NCBI GenBank assembly: GCA_951406725.2
Contig: OX597823.1
Location: 78,058,001 to 78,122,000, forward strand
DNA: 64,000 nucleotides
DNA from: Octopus vulgaris
Lineage: Eukaryota
Reading direction: 5' to 3'
Of the stretch, positions 40,851-52,346 are shown in pieces. Made by a program: the position numbers and the translations under genes. Below the pieces are notes generated by a model. It had not been told where the DNA came from, made no database searches, and saw only the letters and a program-made list of their open reading frames with translations. Position 1 is the first letter of the stretch, and every line of letters begins with the position of its first letter.

Positions 40851-43112
40851 CAAAAGTTAGTTATATGATGCTGATTGTTGTTGACTAAGTGCAAAGCTAC
40901 ATTTGTTAGGTAGAAACAGTAAAAGCTAATGAAATTAGTTGTGCTGTATTACTGGTATTTGTTTGTCAAACTAAAAAAATGTAAGGGAAAGATGTAGGAA
41001 GGTTACAAATAATTATGCCTTGTGTTTTGAAAAAGAAGCCACCAATACTCTGTTACAAATTAGCAAGCAGCATAGATAAAGCAGTTACTGTTTTATTCTT
41101 TAACATTTTTCCTCTCCATCAAGATATTCACAGTTTTCATTGACGATAATTACTTTAAAAAACATAATCTCATCAACTGATATCCAGCATCCCAACTAAT
41201 GTTATTAGTAATTTATTATTATTATTTTTTAATTTACTTATTTGAATAAAGTTTTGAAACAATAAGACTAATTAACTCATTCATTATTCCATAGTTTTAA
41301 GCTGAGGTATGGAAATAAATCAATATTCTGCTTTTCAATTTGCTAATCTTGTCTTCGTAAATTTTGTTTTTCTCTTCTGTTCTGTTCAGTATCCTTTGAA
41401 TAGAAAATTGGCCTTATATAAATAAACAGAGAAATGAAATGTGTTTTCAGAATTAGTGGCAAAGGTGTTTTTATTTAGATCCACCACCCCCTCATTTTAT
41501 ATTACATGCATAATAACAATCTACACTTTTTTAGACATGGATGCTAGTTTCATTTTAGTGCTTTGAGCTTTAATCCTATAACAAACTCATTAAGTTAATT
41601 TTAAAGCTAGACTTTATGGAATCTAACTATTTCTCTCGCCAATTGCATTTGATTGCAGATTCTGTGCTTCAGAATTGAGCATCTTTGAAGCTGGTCTTTA
41701 TTGACAGCATAAAGATAGCTCTTTGGAGATTTAAATATTGATCGGCCTACTCTATGTTGTATGTTCATAAACAATTAGCAATGATTAGTAGCATATAAGT
41801 TTGTGTGGCATTGTTTTAAATAGACCTTCTTTAAAAAGCTTTATTGAATTACACCATTGAAGAATTTCCTAGTGATAGAGTTCAGATAACCATTTTTGAA
41901 ACATGTTTAGTATTATATTCACTTCTGTTTTACTCTCTGATAGTATTATATACGATAAGGTGTCACAAAATGTTCAGCTGCATTTATTAAATTGTTGTAG
42001 CTGACTATGATAAAGAGACATTTTAACTGATCCATTTAACAATGTTTTCTTGTTATTAACATAAACAGAAGAATGATGAGGCTTTGCAAGGACTCTTTTA
42101 AACAGCATTTATTAAATTGTTGTAAAACAAATATGCTAAGTAGAAGTTTTAGGTAATCTATTTAGATTCATATCAAATTACATATATGTTGTTAAAATGA
42201 GCCAAAAATGGATGAGATCCTTAAGACAAGCACTTAGAAAAACAAAAATAATTTATATAAATTTTTGTTGAATGTTTCAAATTTATGTATGTTTACATTT
42301 GTACAAGACAGATAGAAACGAACCTACAGCTGTTATTGTGTTAAGTTAACGAAAGAGATAAACAAATGATGTTTAAACTTCAATTAAACTTGTAACAACT
42401 TGAGAATGAATATGTACACTCCACAGCATGTAGGGCTGTATTTAATATCTCCGTGAGAGAGAGAGAGAGAAAAGTTAGTGTATGTGCTTGTCGTCGCTAT
42501 ATGATTGGAACTACATGGATATATTTAATGTATTTATGTTCTTTTATATATACATTTTTATGTCCACATGTATTTGCATATTTGCAAATACGCCTTATGT
42601 TAATGTATTAGATGTTTCCCTTTTCTTTCTATATAGATATACATAGATTACAGACAGACAAATAGGTAGATAGATAGTTGGATGGATCGATCGATCGAAG
42701 GATAGATCAATTGATCAGTGCCGAAATATGATGTTGTTATCTTAGAATAAGTTATAAAATAACCTTGGAAATTGACTGTTCGGAGAACTCAATACTACAA
42801 ATAGTGTAAAAAATCTGTTGTAAAGTTTGTGTTAGTTACGGCTTTATGCTTCATCTCACAACTTATTTGACCAGTGAAGAATGTTGTGCTTCAAGGATTT
42901 ATATGGGAAAATAGAGAAAAGTCACATAAAAAGATAAAAGTGAGGAGGTAGGTTACATTTGTTGTAATAATTACAAAGGAATTTTTAATTTTATGGCTGG
43001 CAAAAATCTGGTAAATGTTTAAAGTTAATGCATGAAACTTAGAAATGAAGCTTTCCTTCATTTATTATTATCATTATTATTATTATTATTAATAATAATA
43101 ATAATGATAACA

Positions 43113-43266
43113 ACAACATCAAAAAACACCTTGGGAATGAGAACTCATGTTCGAAATTTCCCCAAGACACCTGATGAAGGCTGGAGGGTATATCAGCCGA
43201 AACGTTGTGTTAACAACAAACAACATGAGGACAAATATCCGTCAAATGTAAATAATGTAAATAATA
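43113..43266 (+). mobile_element. Penelope-like element terminal repeat fragment (family P1)
   Basis: ~150-bp repeat also found at 37815-37961 (+) and 45200-45314 (-). It carries the hammerhead motif and adjoins (TAA)n. Confidence 0.7.
43166..43211 (+). ncRNA. Minimal type I hammerhead ribozyme motif (intact core) in a Penelope-type repeat
   Basis: GACAC-CTGATGA-A-GGCTG(loop)CAGCC-GAAA-CG-TT-GTGTT: stem I GACAC/GTGTT, stem II GGCTG/CAGCC, loopless palindromic stem III (AACGTT), predicted cleavage after GUU at 43206. Confidence 0.8.
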
Positions 43267-43414
43267 GACTTATAGGTTTGCTATTGCAATATATGCCACC
43301 TTAAAATCTGAGAATTTAAAATGCTCAGGTTGTGTAGAGTCTTGGGCATCTTAATTCTGTTGGAACTAATCTCTCCATCGGAATGAACATAGCAGATTTC
43401 TTCAGAGAGAGGCT

Positions 43415-43464
<50 letters not shown>

Positions 43465-43647
43465 CAGGAAAAGAAGAATCCCTTTCAAGACTTTTATATT
43501 TATCGTATTGATCTCAAAATGATGGAAAGCAAAGCTGACCTTGAAGGAATTGGTACTTGCAGGGCAGGGACCCAGAACGACTACCGCAACATTTTTATCC
43601 AACGCTCTAATGAATCTGTGAACCAAGCAGCACAAACCCCTCTCACA

Positions 43648-43777
43648 CACTCACAAATACATACATGCACACATACACATATACACACACAAATACATAC
43701 ATGCACTCATACACACACAAATACATACATGCACTCATACACACACAAATACATACATGCACTCATACACACACACA
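43648..43777 (+). repeat. ~28-bp tandem repeat x4
   Basis: Unit CACACACAAATACATACATGCACTCATA. Confidence 0.85.
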
Positions 43778-43945
43778 CTGAGGCATTGACATAGGTTTAG
43801 ATGTGTAGCTGAAAAGCTTACTTTCTAGCCATGTGATTTTATGTTCACTTCCACTACACAGCACCTTGAGCAAGTGACTTCTACTATAGCCCAAGGTTGA
43901 TCAATCCTTGTGCCTGGATGTAGTAGACTGAAAATGAAAGAAGTC

Positions 43946-43984
<39 letters not shown>

Positions 43985-45107
43985 TATGTGTGAAGACACG
44001 TTTTTACAATCATCATATAAGTGATATTGTTTGGTGAAAAACATATTTGGATTTAGCAAAATAATACATTATTTCTAAACAGGCCAGGCTGGCAACAAAA
44101 AAAAAACCGTGGGGGGGGCTTCCTACCATAAAAAATCTACCCAATGAATTCTGCTTGACCTATGGAAGTTTGGAAAATTGGATGTTAAAGCGCTGATGGT
44201 GATATATGATACAAACAGATAACAGAGTGATAGATGTGTATGTATACATCTGCTTATGTGTGTGTGTATTTCAACCATTTACACAGCAGCCAGCATTCCT
44301 TTTAATTTCTCCTATCTCTAATGTGCTTCCTTCTTTCTCCAGCATCTCTGTACTTCTCCTTCATCTGCCATTTCCTCTCCTTCTTCTTCTCTCATTAATC
44401 CCAGTTTATATGTCCATCAACACTAGTTGACATTTCTTTTCTCTCTCCAAGGAAGTGGTTTGTCCTAATCATTAGACATTTCTTCTTCCTTGAGGTGTAA
44501 AACTTATTCCAGTGTTTGAATTATTCAAATCAGTTGTTGCATTTAGGAAAAATTACACATGCATAGAGAAGACTTTTAGCATTTAGGCTCATTAATATTT
44601 GTAAATTCTTTGTATCCTGGCCATGTAAAATGCATGATCAATTTTACAAAAACAGAAGCCATTCTTAATGACACAATCATTGGAAGTTTTAGACTTTATT
44701 TATAGTAAAACAGTACCTGGCTGAATGAATCTGCTGACTTGAATTGTTTGCTGTTGTAATTATATTTGCATCTAGAATGCATGTTAAAAATACGATTCAA
44801 CCATTATACTTGACTGGTATTTTATTTTACTGACCTCAGGAAGACAAAATGCAAAGTTCATTTTAGTGGAATTTGAAGCCAAAACATGACAGTTTATCTT
44901 AATTGCAATCCCAAAATATAATCCAGTTTTATTCAAGTCATTTCTTAGTTTTTTTTGTGTGTGTTATACCTAACTCAAAAACAACTTATGTCTTGTAATT
45001 TACCATTTGGCCAAATGGAGAGTGCTAAAATAAATGCCAGATTTAAAAATAAGTAGTACTAAACTCTTTAAGACAATGTTATAGTCCAATGACTGAAACC
45101 AATAATG

Positions 45108-45596
45108 ACAAGAGCGCTTAGAGAGTGCAAACCTCCACCAAGACAACACCAACGTCATCTTAATAATTAGCCAAAGATGATTTTTAAAATGAGAATATCT
45201 GACATTATTTATATTATTTACAATTGACAGATATTTGACCTCATCTTGTTTGTTGTTAACACAACGTTTCAGCTGATAGACTCTCCAGCCTTCATCAGGT
45301 GTCTTGGGGAAATCTGAAATAAACTTGACTGCTCCCACAAACGAGAATACTAAAAGTGAACCTGCCCACTCTCAAAAGTTAAGTAAAAAAAAACAGGAAA
45401 AATAATCTAGAATCCTTGTCCAGGACTGGATCAATCCAAAAATATAATCAGTTCATGCCAGTTATGAGGCCAAACATCTCTAAAAGTTTCATCTGAATCC
45501 ATCCAGCGGTTCTTGAGATATCTTGTCCATGAACAAACAAGCAAAAAACATGGCTGCAAACAATACCTCTATCTTCCCAAAGGTGGAGATGATAAA
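45108..45596 (+). mobile_element. Helentron-associated interspersed element (HINE/DINE-1-like), interrupted by a Penelope-type fragment
   Basis: 5' ACAAGAGCGCTTAGAGAGTGCAAACCTCCACC, conserved block AAGTTTCATCTGAATCCATCCAGCGGTTCTTGAGATAT followed by (AAAC)n, and a 3' stem-loop ACCTCTATCTT...AAGGTGGAGAT (45565-45590) related to the 5' ACCTCC sub-TIR. Confidence 0.65.
45258..45303 (-). ncRNA. Minimal hammerhead ribozyme motif (intact core), second copy
   Basis: Reverse complement reads GACAC-CTGATGA-A-GGCTG...CAGCT-GAAA-CGTT-GTGTT. Confidence 0.75.
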
Positions 45597-48299
45597 CATC
45601 ATCATCATCGTTTAACGTCCGTTTTTGGTGCTAGCACGGGTTGGACGGTTCGACCGGGGTCTGGGAAGCCAGGGGCTGCACCAGGCTCCAGTCTGATCTG
45701 GCAGTGTTTCTACAGCTGGATGCCCTTCCTAACGCCAACCACTCCGCGAGTGTAGTGGGTGCTTTTTACGTGCCACCAGCACGACTAAACGACTATATTT
45801 AAAAGCAGGTTTTGAATCTTTTGAGCTCCCATATTTCGAATATTGGGAAAATTACTGGGGCAGTGTTAATTGTTATATTAATTTCGAATTTTAGCAGAAG
45901 GCCACAAAAATTTGCTGGGTTAGGTAAGTCAATTACATTATCCCCAGTTGTAGTTATTTTATGAACTCCAGAAGGATGAAAGAGAAAGCTGTCTTTGATA
46001 GAATTTGAACTCAGCACATAAAGATGGATGCAATTTCTCCGAGCATATTTGCTCAGCATGGTAACAATTCTTTATATTGGCATGTCAAGTAGGGTAACTC
46101 CATTACAGGCTCAGCAACAAATTATTTTGATTCAATACAAAGGATACTTGGTTTTGTTATCAAGTTTGTGTGAAGCCTCCAGAGAGTGAATGTAATTTCC
46201 ACTCAGAATTGATTTGATTTAATTAACAAAAACATTAACAAAACAACATTTAATTTTCTTTTTCAAATTTAAAACTTTCTCTACCAGTATCAAAGCATTT
46301 CATAGCAAAAAAAACAAAAAACAAAAAACAGAACCCAAACTTGTTGCAAAAAATATTTTCTTGCAGCATTTTAACATATCTAGTCTGATTAAAAGACTTC
46401 ATGATATTAACTTGTGCTGATTAAATTTTTGTGTACCAAAGACGGATCAGTTCTCACAACCTATTTCTATTGGCTAGTAAAATTAAAATCTATCTACTAT
46501 GTCATATGAAACCTGGGGAATTCTGGAAAGTACTCTACTGTCAAAAATTAGCCAACTTGATTCCCATGTCTCAAGTGCACATACACAGAATTAGGCATAC
46601 TTGATTCCTATACAATAAGGATTAATATAAAGATTCTTCACCTTCAGTAATTAAGTTTGTAATAAATCAAAAGTTTGAATGAGTGTATGCAGAAAATATA
46701 TTGTAATATTGGTTTCAAATTTTGGCACAAGGCCAGCAGTTTTAGGGGAGGGGCTAAGTTGATTAAAGTGAGCCCCACGTTCAACTTGTACTTATTTTAT
46801 TGACCCCCAAAAGTATGGAAAGCTGTGACCTTCGTAGGATTTGAACTCCAAATGCAGCTAAGCATTTTACCCAGCCTGCTAATGATTCTGCCAGCTCACC
46901 ACCTTAGAATATATAGTAATATTAAGGAAATTTCCTTATATGTCCCTGATTGTGAGCACAATTTCTTCTATGTATTAAGAATGTCAAAATGAGTATTTGC
47001 TAATACTGCCAAATAGTTTTATAAAAGCTAATTTACATTCAAGCTTAGAGATATTCTGAATAAATTTAACTGTTTCAGAACACTTTGCTTGTTAACTATA
47101 TCTGATCTGAAATGACAAAAAACAAACAAAAACAAGTACGATGCTTTATTTCCTCATTGCATTTATATATATATATATATTACACATACACACACATTAT
47201 GTCCCCAAATCAGAAAATTATGTATTAAATAGCTTTGTGATTGTTTTCCGTTTTTTTCTTTCTGTCTATTGTTTATTCTTTTGTATTTTCAAATTCTATG
47301 TTTTATCTCTGGTTGACATTAAATTCTCTTGACTTCTTTATTTAATCAGCTCAATTCTGATTCAACCTCTTTGTAGAATGTCAGTTATTGAGAATATATT
47401 ATCAAGGAAGAAAATAGGCTTGAGCAAAGAGATTCCTATTAATTTTCAGGTTATTGCTTTTCAGATATAAAATGGAATAAAGCTGAAATCTAGAGTTTCT
47501 AAGAGAATCTGTTCACAGCAATAGCTTTTCATAATGTATGAACATTGCTTCCTCAGATTTATTATATAGCTATTTCATTTTTATTATAGCGAGGCATATC
47601 TTTTCTACTATTTTTCTATACTCCAAATGAGATCGAGATATTATTGCTCAAATATCATTTAAGTAATGCTAACTTAAATGCTATTTTTTGTATTTTAAAA
47701 TTTTCTCTTCTAAAGCAAAGTAATAAACTAGATAAATAAAATTGATGTGAAACCTAAATTCTATTGTGCCATATTCTGCAATAAGAGAAAACAATCATTA
47801 TCTCGGTTTAATTCTGTCTTTGGGGTTTTGTTCAGTGGTGATAATGAGGTGCAATGATAAAATTTTTCTAAGCAACGATGACATTAAGAATTTTGAAGTC
47901 TGCCTAATAAAAACTGATTTTGGCTACCACCTTTAGATATTATCGCTTTTATTGTGAGCTGTTATTGTTAACTAATGCCATTTTTGTATTACTACTCTGC
48001 GCATTTGGTCATCTTGTTGTAAGGTGCTTGGGTTGTAGTTTGACAAACACGGTGGGTTTTATCATATTCTGTATTAATTTCTATTTTCAGACAGAGTTTG
48101 TTGTTATTACTTATTTAGCCCCAGGTTAGTTCTTATGCAAAATTATAGCCAAAAGCATTATAGTACTGAATGGTTGATCTTTTTCAGGACACTTGGGTCA
48201 CTATTTTGAGCATGTATCTAATCCAAAAGTAACGCTACCAATTAAGTACTGGGGTCAATTTAATTAACCAAACATTAGTAACTGAAGACTCGGAAGATC

Positions 48300-48845
48300 A
48301 GATGCTGCTGTTAGTTTTGTTCTTCAATAGCCCATGGAAAGTAGGCATTAAAAACACTTTCTTCACAAAAGACAGAAAATATAGGGAGCTGGCTGAACTT
48401 TTTGAAAACAATGAATGGGTGGGAATATGCCTTCTGTAGAGATAGGTGTTAGAGGATATGGTTGAGCCAGGGCTCAATCAATACTCAGGTGTCTTGAACT
48501 AGCTGCAATGGAGACAAAAGATGTTGCCAGAAAATTGTCAGAAGCCACTGAGAAAACAAGCTATTTTATCTGGCTCAAGAGAGAGGATGAGTGGTGCAGC
48601 AGGAACATTGAGGATGGTGGGAAAAAAGCAACTCAGAGTTGCAACATCTGACTCAACCAAGTTCCTGCTGTTGTATGGAAGCTTTGTTACCTAAATTTGT
48701 GAGTAGCCCAAGGCAGCTCTGCTGTTGTCATGGAAAGGCCCAAAACACCTTCAGAACTGCTTCACCACCCTATGAGACACCAGTTCCTACACTTAGAGAT
48801 GGAACACAGTAACACCCTCAGTGCCCTAGTGTTTACCTTAAATGA
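48300..48845 (+). mobile_element. HERO-like RLE non-LTR retrotransposon 3' remnant
   Basis: 48323-48597 translates, with a frameshift and a stop, as FNSPWKVGIKNTFFTKDRKYRELAELFENNEW...VEIGVRGY*...ILRCLEL...VARKLSEATEKTSYFIWLKREDEW. This matches the PWE...K..KY.EL...GW...VEVG.RG...LSEAAE.AS.WLW.KR pattern of HERO/NeSL-type RLEs. Confidence 0.75.
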
Positions 48846-49696
48846 CAATTCCTGTAATGACAATGGTACTAAGTGGGATTGAACCCGGAATCATGTGGTT
48901 CGTAAGTAAGCAACTTACCACACAACCACTCCTGCTCCTATAACAAATCTTGCCATAATGCTTACAAGAGAATCTTGTAAATTTAGGACAATGACCTCTG
49001 AGATCATCAGAGGAGATGGATGAAAAAGAGATGTAACAAAGCGAAGTAGCTATATCAGATAAAAATCAAAGAAATCTAGAATTTTGTTCCTCTTCTGTTG
49101 TACATTTATGTTCAATAATTCTTAAAAGCCTGCATTGTTAAATGTAAATAATGTTACGGATCAAAATTACAGTGTAGGAAAATGTGGCAAAACAAAACCA
49201 TTCAATTCGTGATGAACAATGTATTGGGGTTTTTTTTTCAGATTAAGAGTTTAAAATTTGCATCTAGTTGTTATTGTTGTTGTTGTTACTTAGTGCTAAG
49301 TCAGTCCTGTTTGATCAGTTTTATGATCAAAGACATCTCACCTTTCATTCCGGTTTCTTTTCCAATTGGCAGAGAACCTAGAACCACATTAACAATTGTG
49401 TTCTTTTTTTAAAAACTATTAGTTATGAGTTGAGGTAAATTAAGCTGCTATTTCTTGTGTGTTGAGATACCATATAAAGCTCTCTCATTGACTTTCTTGT
49501 TTATAGTTTTTAAATGGCTAACATGAGTTTTCTATTATGTAGATGTTTTAGTTTTAACCTATTCACTTAAGTCAGGTCACTTAATAATGACGTACAACTC
49601 TGAAACACATATATACCTTATTTATTCCTGAAAATTGATATCTTAAGATGAATTAATTCCTCATAAACCTTTCTATGAAAACCCATCTTCAGGAAT

Positions 49697-50415
49697 TTGG
49701 TACACTATACTTCATTTTTTGGAATTTGATCAGGACTTTTAGGTACCTCCTTAAGTTCAATAATTCGAACAGAACTAGGACAACCAGGATCTTTTCTAAA
49801 TAACGATCAACTATATAATGTAATTGTTACAGCTCACGCAAGTTGTTACTGAAGTGAAGGCGCATGGCTCAGAGGTTAGAGCATCGAGCTTATGATCGTG
49901 AGGTTGTGAGCTCGAATCCCGGACCGGGCTGCGTGTTGTGTTCTTGAGCAAAGCACTTTATTTCACGTTGCTCCAGTTCACTCAGCTGTATGAATGAGTT
50001 GCGACGTTACTGGTGCCAAGCTGTAGCGACCTGTCTTTCCCTTGGATAACACTGGTGGCGTGGAGAGGGGAGGCCGGTATGCATGGGCAACTGCTGGTCT
50101 TCTATAAACAACCTTGCCCGGACTTGTGTCTAGGAGGGTAACTTTCTAGGTGCAATCCCATGGTCATTCATGACCGAAGGGGGTCTTTACCCTTTACAGC
50201 TCACGCATTTGTTATAATTTTTTTTCTTGTTATACCAGTTATAATTGGAGGGTTTGGAAATTGGCTAGTTCCTTTAATACTAGGAGCACCAGATATAACA
50301 TTCCCACGAATAAATAACATAAGTTTTTGACTCTTACCTCCTTCTCTTACTCTTCTCCTTTCATCTGCAGCAGTCGAAAGAGGTGTAGGTACTGGATGAA
50401 CCGTTTATCCACCTC
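49697..50415 (+). pseudogene. cox1: NUMT: mitochondrial cytochrome c oxidase subunit I fragment, interrupted by a SINE
   Basis: In the invertebrate mitochondrial code, 49698-49840 gives GTLYFIF(+1 T at 49720)[40 protein letters not shown]. 50208-50415 gives [72 protein letters not shown] occupies conserved Trp positions. A frameshift and changes at conserved residues (L>S, D>N, A>T) mark it as a pseudogene. Confidence 0.97.
49841..50193 (+). mobile_element. tRNA-derived CORE-type SINE inserted in the cox1 NUMT
   Basis: Perfect 14-bp TSD TTACAGCTCACGCA (49827-49840 and 50194-50207). A-box TGGCTCAGAGG, B-box-like GCTCGAATCC, CORE-like TTCTTGAGCAAAGCACTTTATTTCACGTTGCTCCAGTTCACTCAGCTGT, and a CTTTACC-type tail. 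Confidence 0.93.
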
Positions 50416-50787
50416 CCTGTCTCTTCATATATTCATATGTGTTTATGTGTAGGTATCACAAGATGGTGGGTTCAATTCCAAGACTGAGCAGTGTGTTGAG
50501 TTGTTGTGCAAAACATTTCATCTTATGTTGATCTGTGATTCCTTTGACACCTGACATGTTGTGCATCAAGCACCTGTTCAGGTAAAATCGATTTTATAAA
50601 GGGTGTGAGCTAATGTACAGCACAAACATTTGATCACTATAAACAGATCATTTGTGTAGGTTGTTCACTAGAAATTGCAGAACTGTCTTTTTTGAACTCA
50701 CGAGACTAACGTTATTTTCATCATTTAATATATGTATGAACACACACACAAAATACATGCATACACACATATTTATGTATACTTAGT

Positions 50788-51197
50788 ACATGCATGGCTG
50801 TGTGATACGAAGCTTGCTTCCCAACCACATGGGTCTGGGTTCAGTCTCACTGTGTGGTACTTCGGTCAAATGTCTTCTACCATAGCCCCGGGCTGGCAAA
50901 AACCTTGCGAGTGTATTTAGTAGAAAGCAATTGAAAGAAGCCAATTGTACATATATATATATATATATATATTGATGTATTTATACATGTGTGTCTGTGT
51001 TTGTTCCCCGCTATCATTTGACAACCAGTGATGGTATGTTTATATCCCCACATCTTAGCGGTTTGGTAAAAGAGACTGATAGAATAAGTACTAAACCTAC
51101 AAAAAATAAGTCCTGATTTCTTTGACTAAAACACTTTAAAATGGTGCTCTTGCATGGCCACAGTCAAATGACTGAAACAAGTACAAGACTGAAAGAA
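50788..51197 (+). mobile_element. SINE-A immediately upstream of the CUB exon
   Basis: TGGCTGTGTGATACGAAGCTTGC...AAATGACTGAAACAAGTAC. Confidence 0.88.
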
Positions 51198-51452
51198 TAT
51201 CTATATATATAATATATATGCACACATACACATGCAAGCCAAACATTGCTGTAACACAGAAACACACTTCATAATATATATATAAATAAATATATATATA
51301 TATATATGGAACAGTAGTCTTTTGAATATATTTTAAAAAAGTTCTAGTTTGTTCATTTCTAAAGTTTGAAAATAAAAAATTTAAACATTACTTCTTAAAA
51401 TTAACTTAATTAAATCCATGTAATCATTTTGTTTTAATTTTTTCTCTTTCAG

Positions 51453-51700
51453 CTGTCCGTTTGACTACGTCAAAATATATGACGGGTACAGTAAAGAGGA
51501 TCCTGTCATTGGAGTATTCTGTGGACATTACAAGAACTTGACATTATTCTCTTCAAAGGAAGCACTTTATATTGAATTTAAAACTAGAAGTGGACGAGTC
51601 AGTTTTGACCACCATGCATTTGATGCAAATGCTGATTTTAAGTTTGAACGAAGAGGTTTCAATATCACTTATGAATTTAGTAAACGTTTCGTAAATCTAA
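51453..51700 (+). CDS. sol-1: Internal coding exon, C-terminal half of a CUB domain; SOL-1 (suppressor of lurcher protein 1)-like
   Basis: Polypyrimidine tract and acceptor TTTTTCTCTTTCAG| (AG 51451-51452); donor |GTAAGT at 51701. 248 nt = 1+82x3+1, open frame CPFDYVKIYDGYSKEDPVIGVFCGHYKNLTLFSSKEALYIEFKTRSGRVSFDHHAFDANADFKFERRGFNITYEFSKRFVNL. CUB motifs C.yDyv.iyDG, G.fCG, l.ieF.t and rGF...Y are present. CPFDYVK.YDG and RGF...EFS..FV.L match my recollection of invertebrate SOL-1 CUB2. The CUB call is firm; the orthology is from memory. Confidence 0.85.
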
Positions 51701-51786
51701 GTAAGTACACTTTTTATTTTCAATTTATTTGCTTGCCTTTCTTTCAGATCTTCTTTACTTATCTCTTTCATAATTTTTCTTCAATG

Positions 51787-52346
51787 TATTGTGTTGTCTG
51801 GAAAGTTTGTGCTGATTTTTAAAGGAAAGACAAAGGTCAATAAATACTTGCCATTAAATTTTTGATCAACCAAATATGAACCATTTTGTAGCACAATGTG
51901 TCTCCATCTTTCTTTTAACTTGAAAATACCCTCTTCTGAGAATTGAGGTGGTTTCGTGGCAAAGAATACATCAATTTATCTTTTTACGTTATCCAAGGAA
52001 TTGAAATTTTTACCATTAAGACTATTCTGCAGATACCTGAATAAGTGGAAATCTGAAGGAGCAATATCTAGTGAATATGGAGGGTGGGGTAACACATTCC
52101 AGCTGAACTGCAGCAATTTTAGTCTGATTCCCAAAGCATCAAGTGCTGAAAATGAACTTTCTTATCTTCTATTTTAAAGGGTTACAGAATTAACACAGGT
52201 TATAGGAACATAAACCTTTTCCCACGAAAAGATAGCTTAAACTGTGCTCTAAATGATGGTGTAGTCAAATCCTATTTTATGGACTCAAGCATAAGTCGAA
52301 AGGTAAGCTACTATAAATCTGCACAAACTTTCCAGACAACCCAATA
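51787..52346 (-). mobile_element. Internally deleted mariner (Tc1/mariner) DNA transposon
   Basis: TA-flanked ~30-bp ITRs: TATTGTGTTGTCTGGAAAGTTTGTGCTGATTT versus reverse complement of 52315-52346, 2 mismatches. The minus strand (~51865-52120) encodes the transposase C-terminus KLLQFSWNVLPHPPYSLDIAPSDFHLFRYLQNSLNGKNF...*...EEGIFKLKERWRHIVLQNGSY (mariner YSPDLAPSD motif). Confidence 0.93.

Noticed and set aside
49858-49932. tRNA-like sequences (also 30560-30635)
   Set aside because: They are SINE heads continuing into CORE/V domains and tails, with a TSD in one case; not stand-alone tRNA genes.
51538-51822. ORF-track call starting at TTG 51538 and running to 51822
   Set aside because: The real unit is the spliced exon 51453-51700; the ORF tail is intron read-through into T-rich sequence and the mariner ITR.
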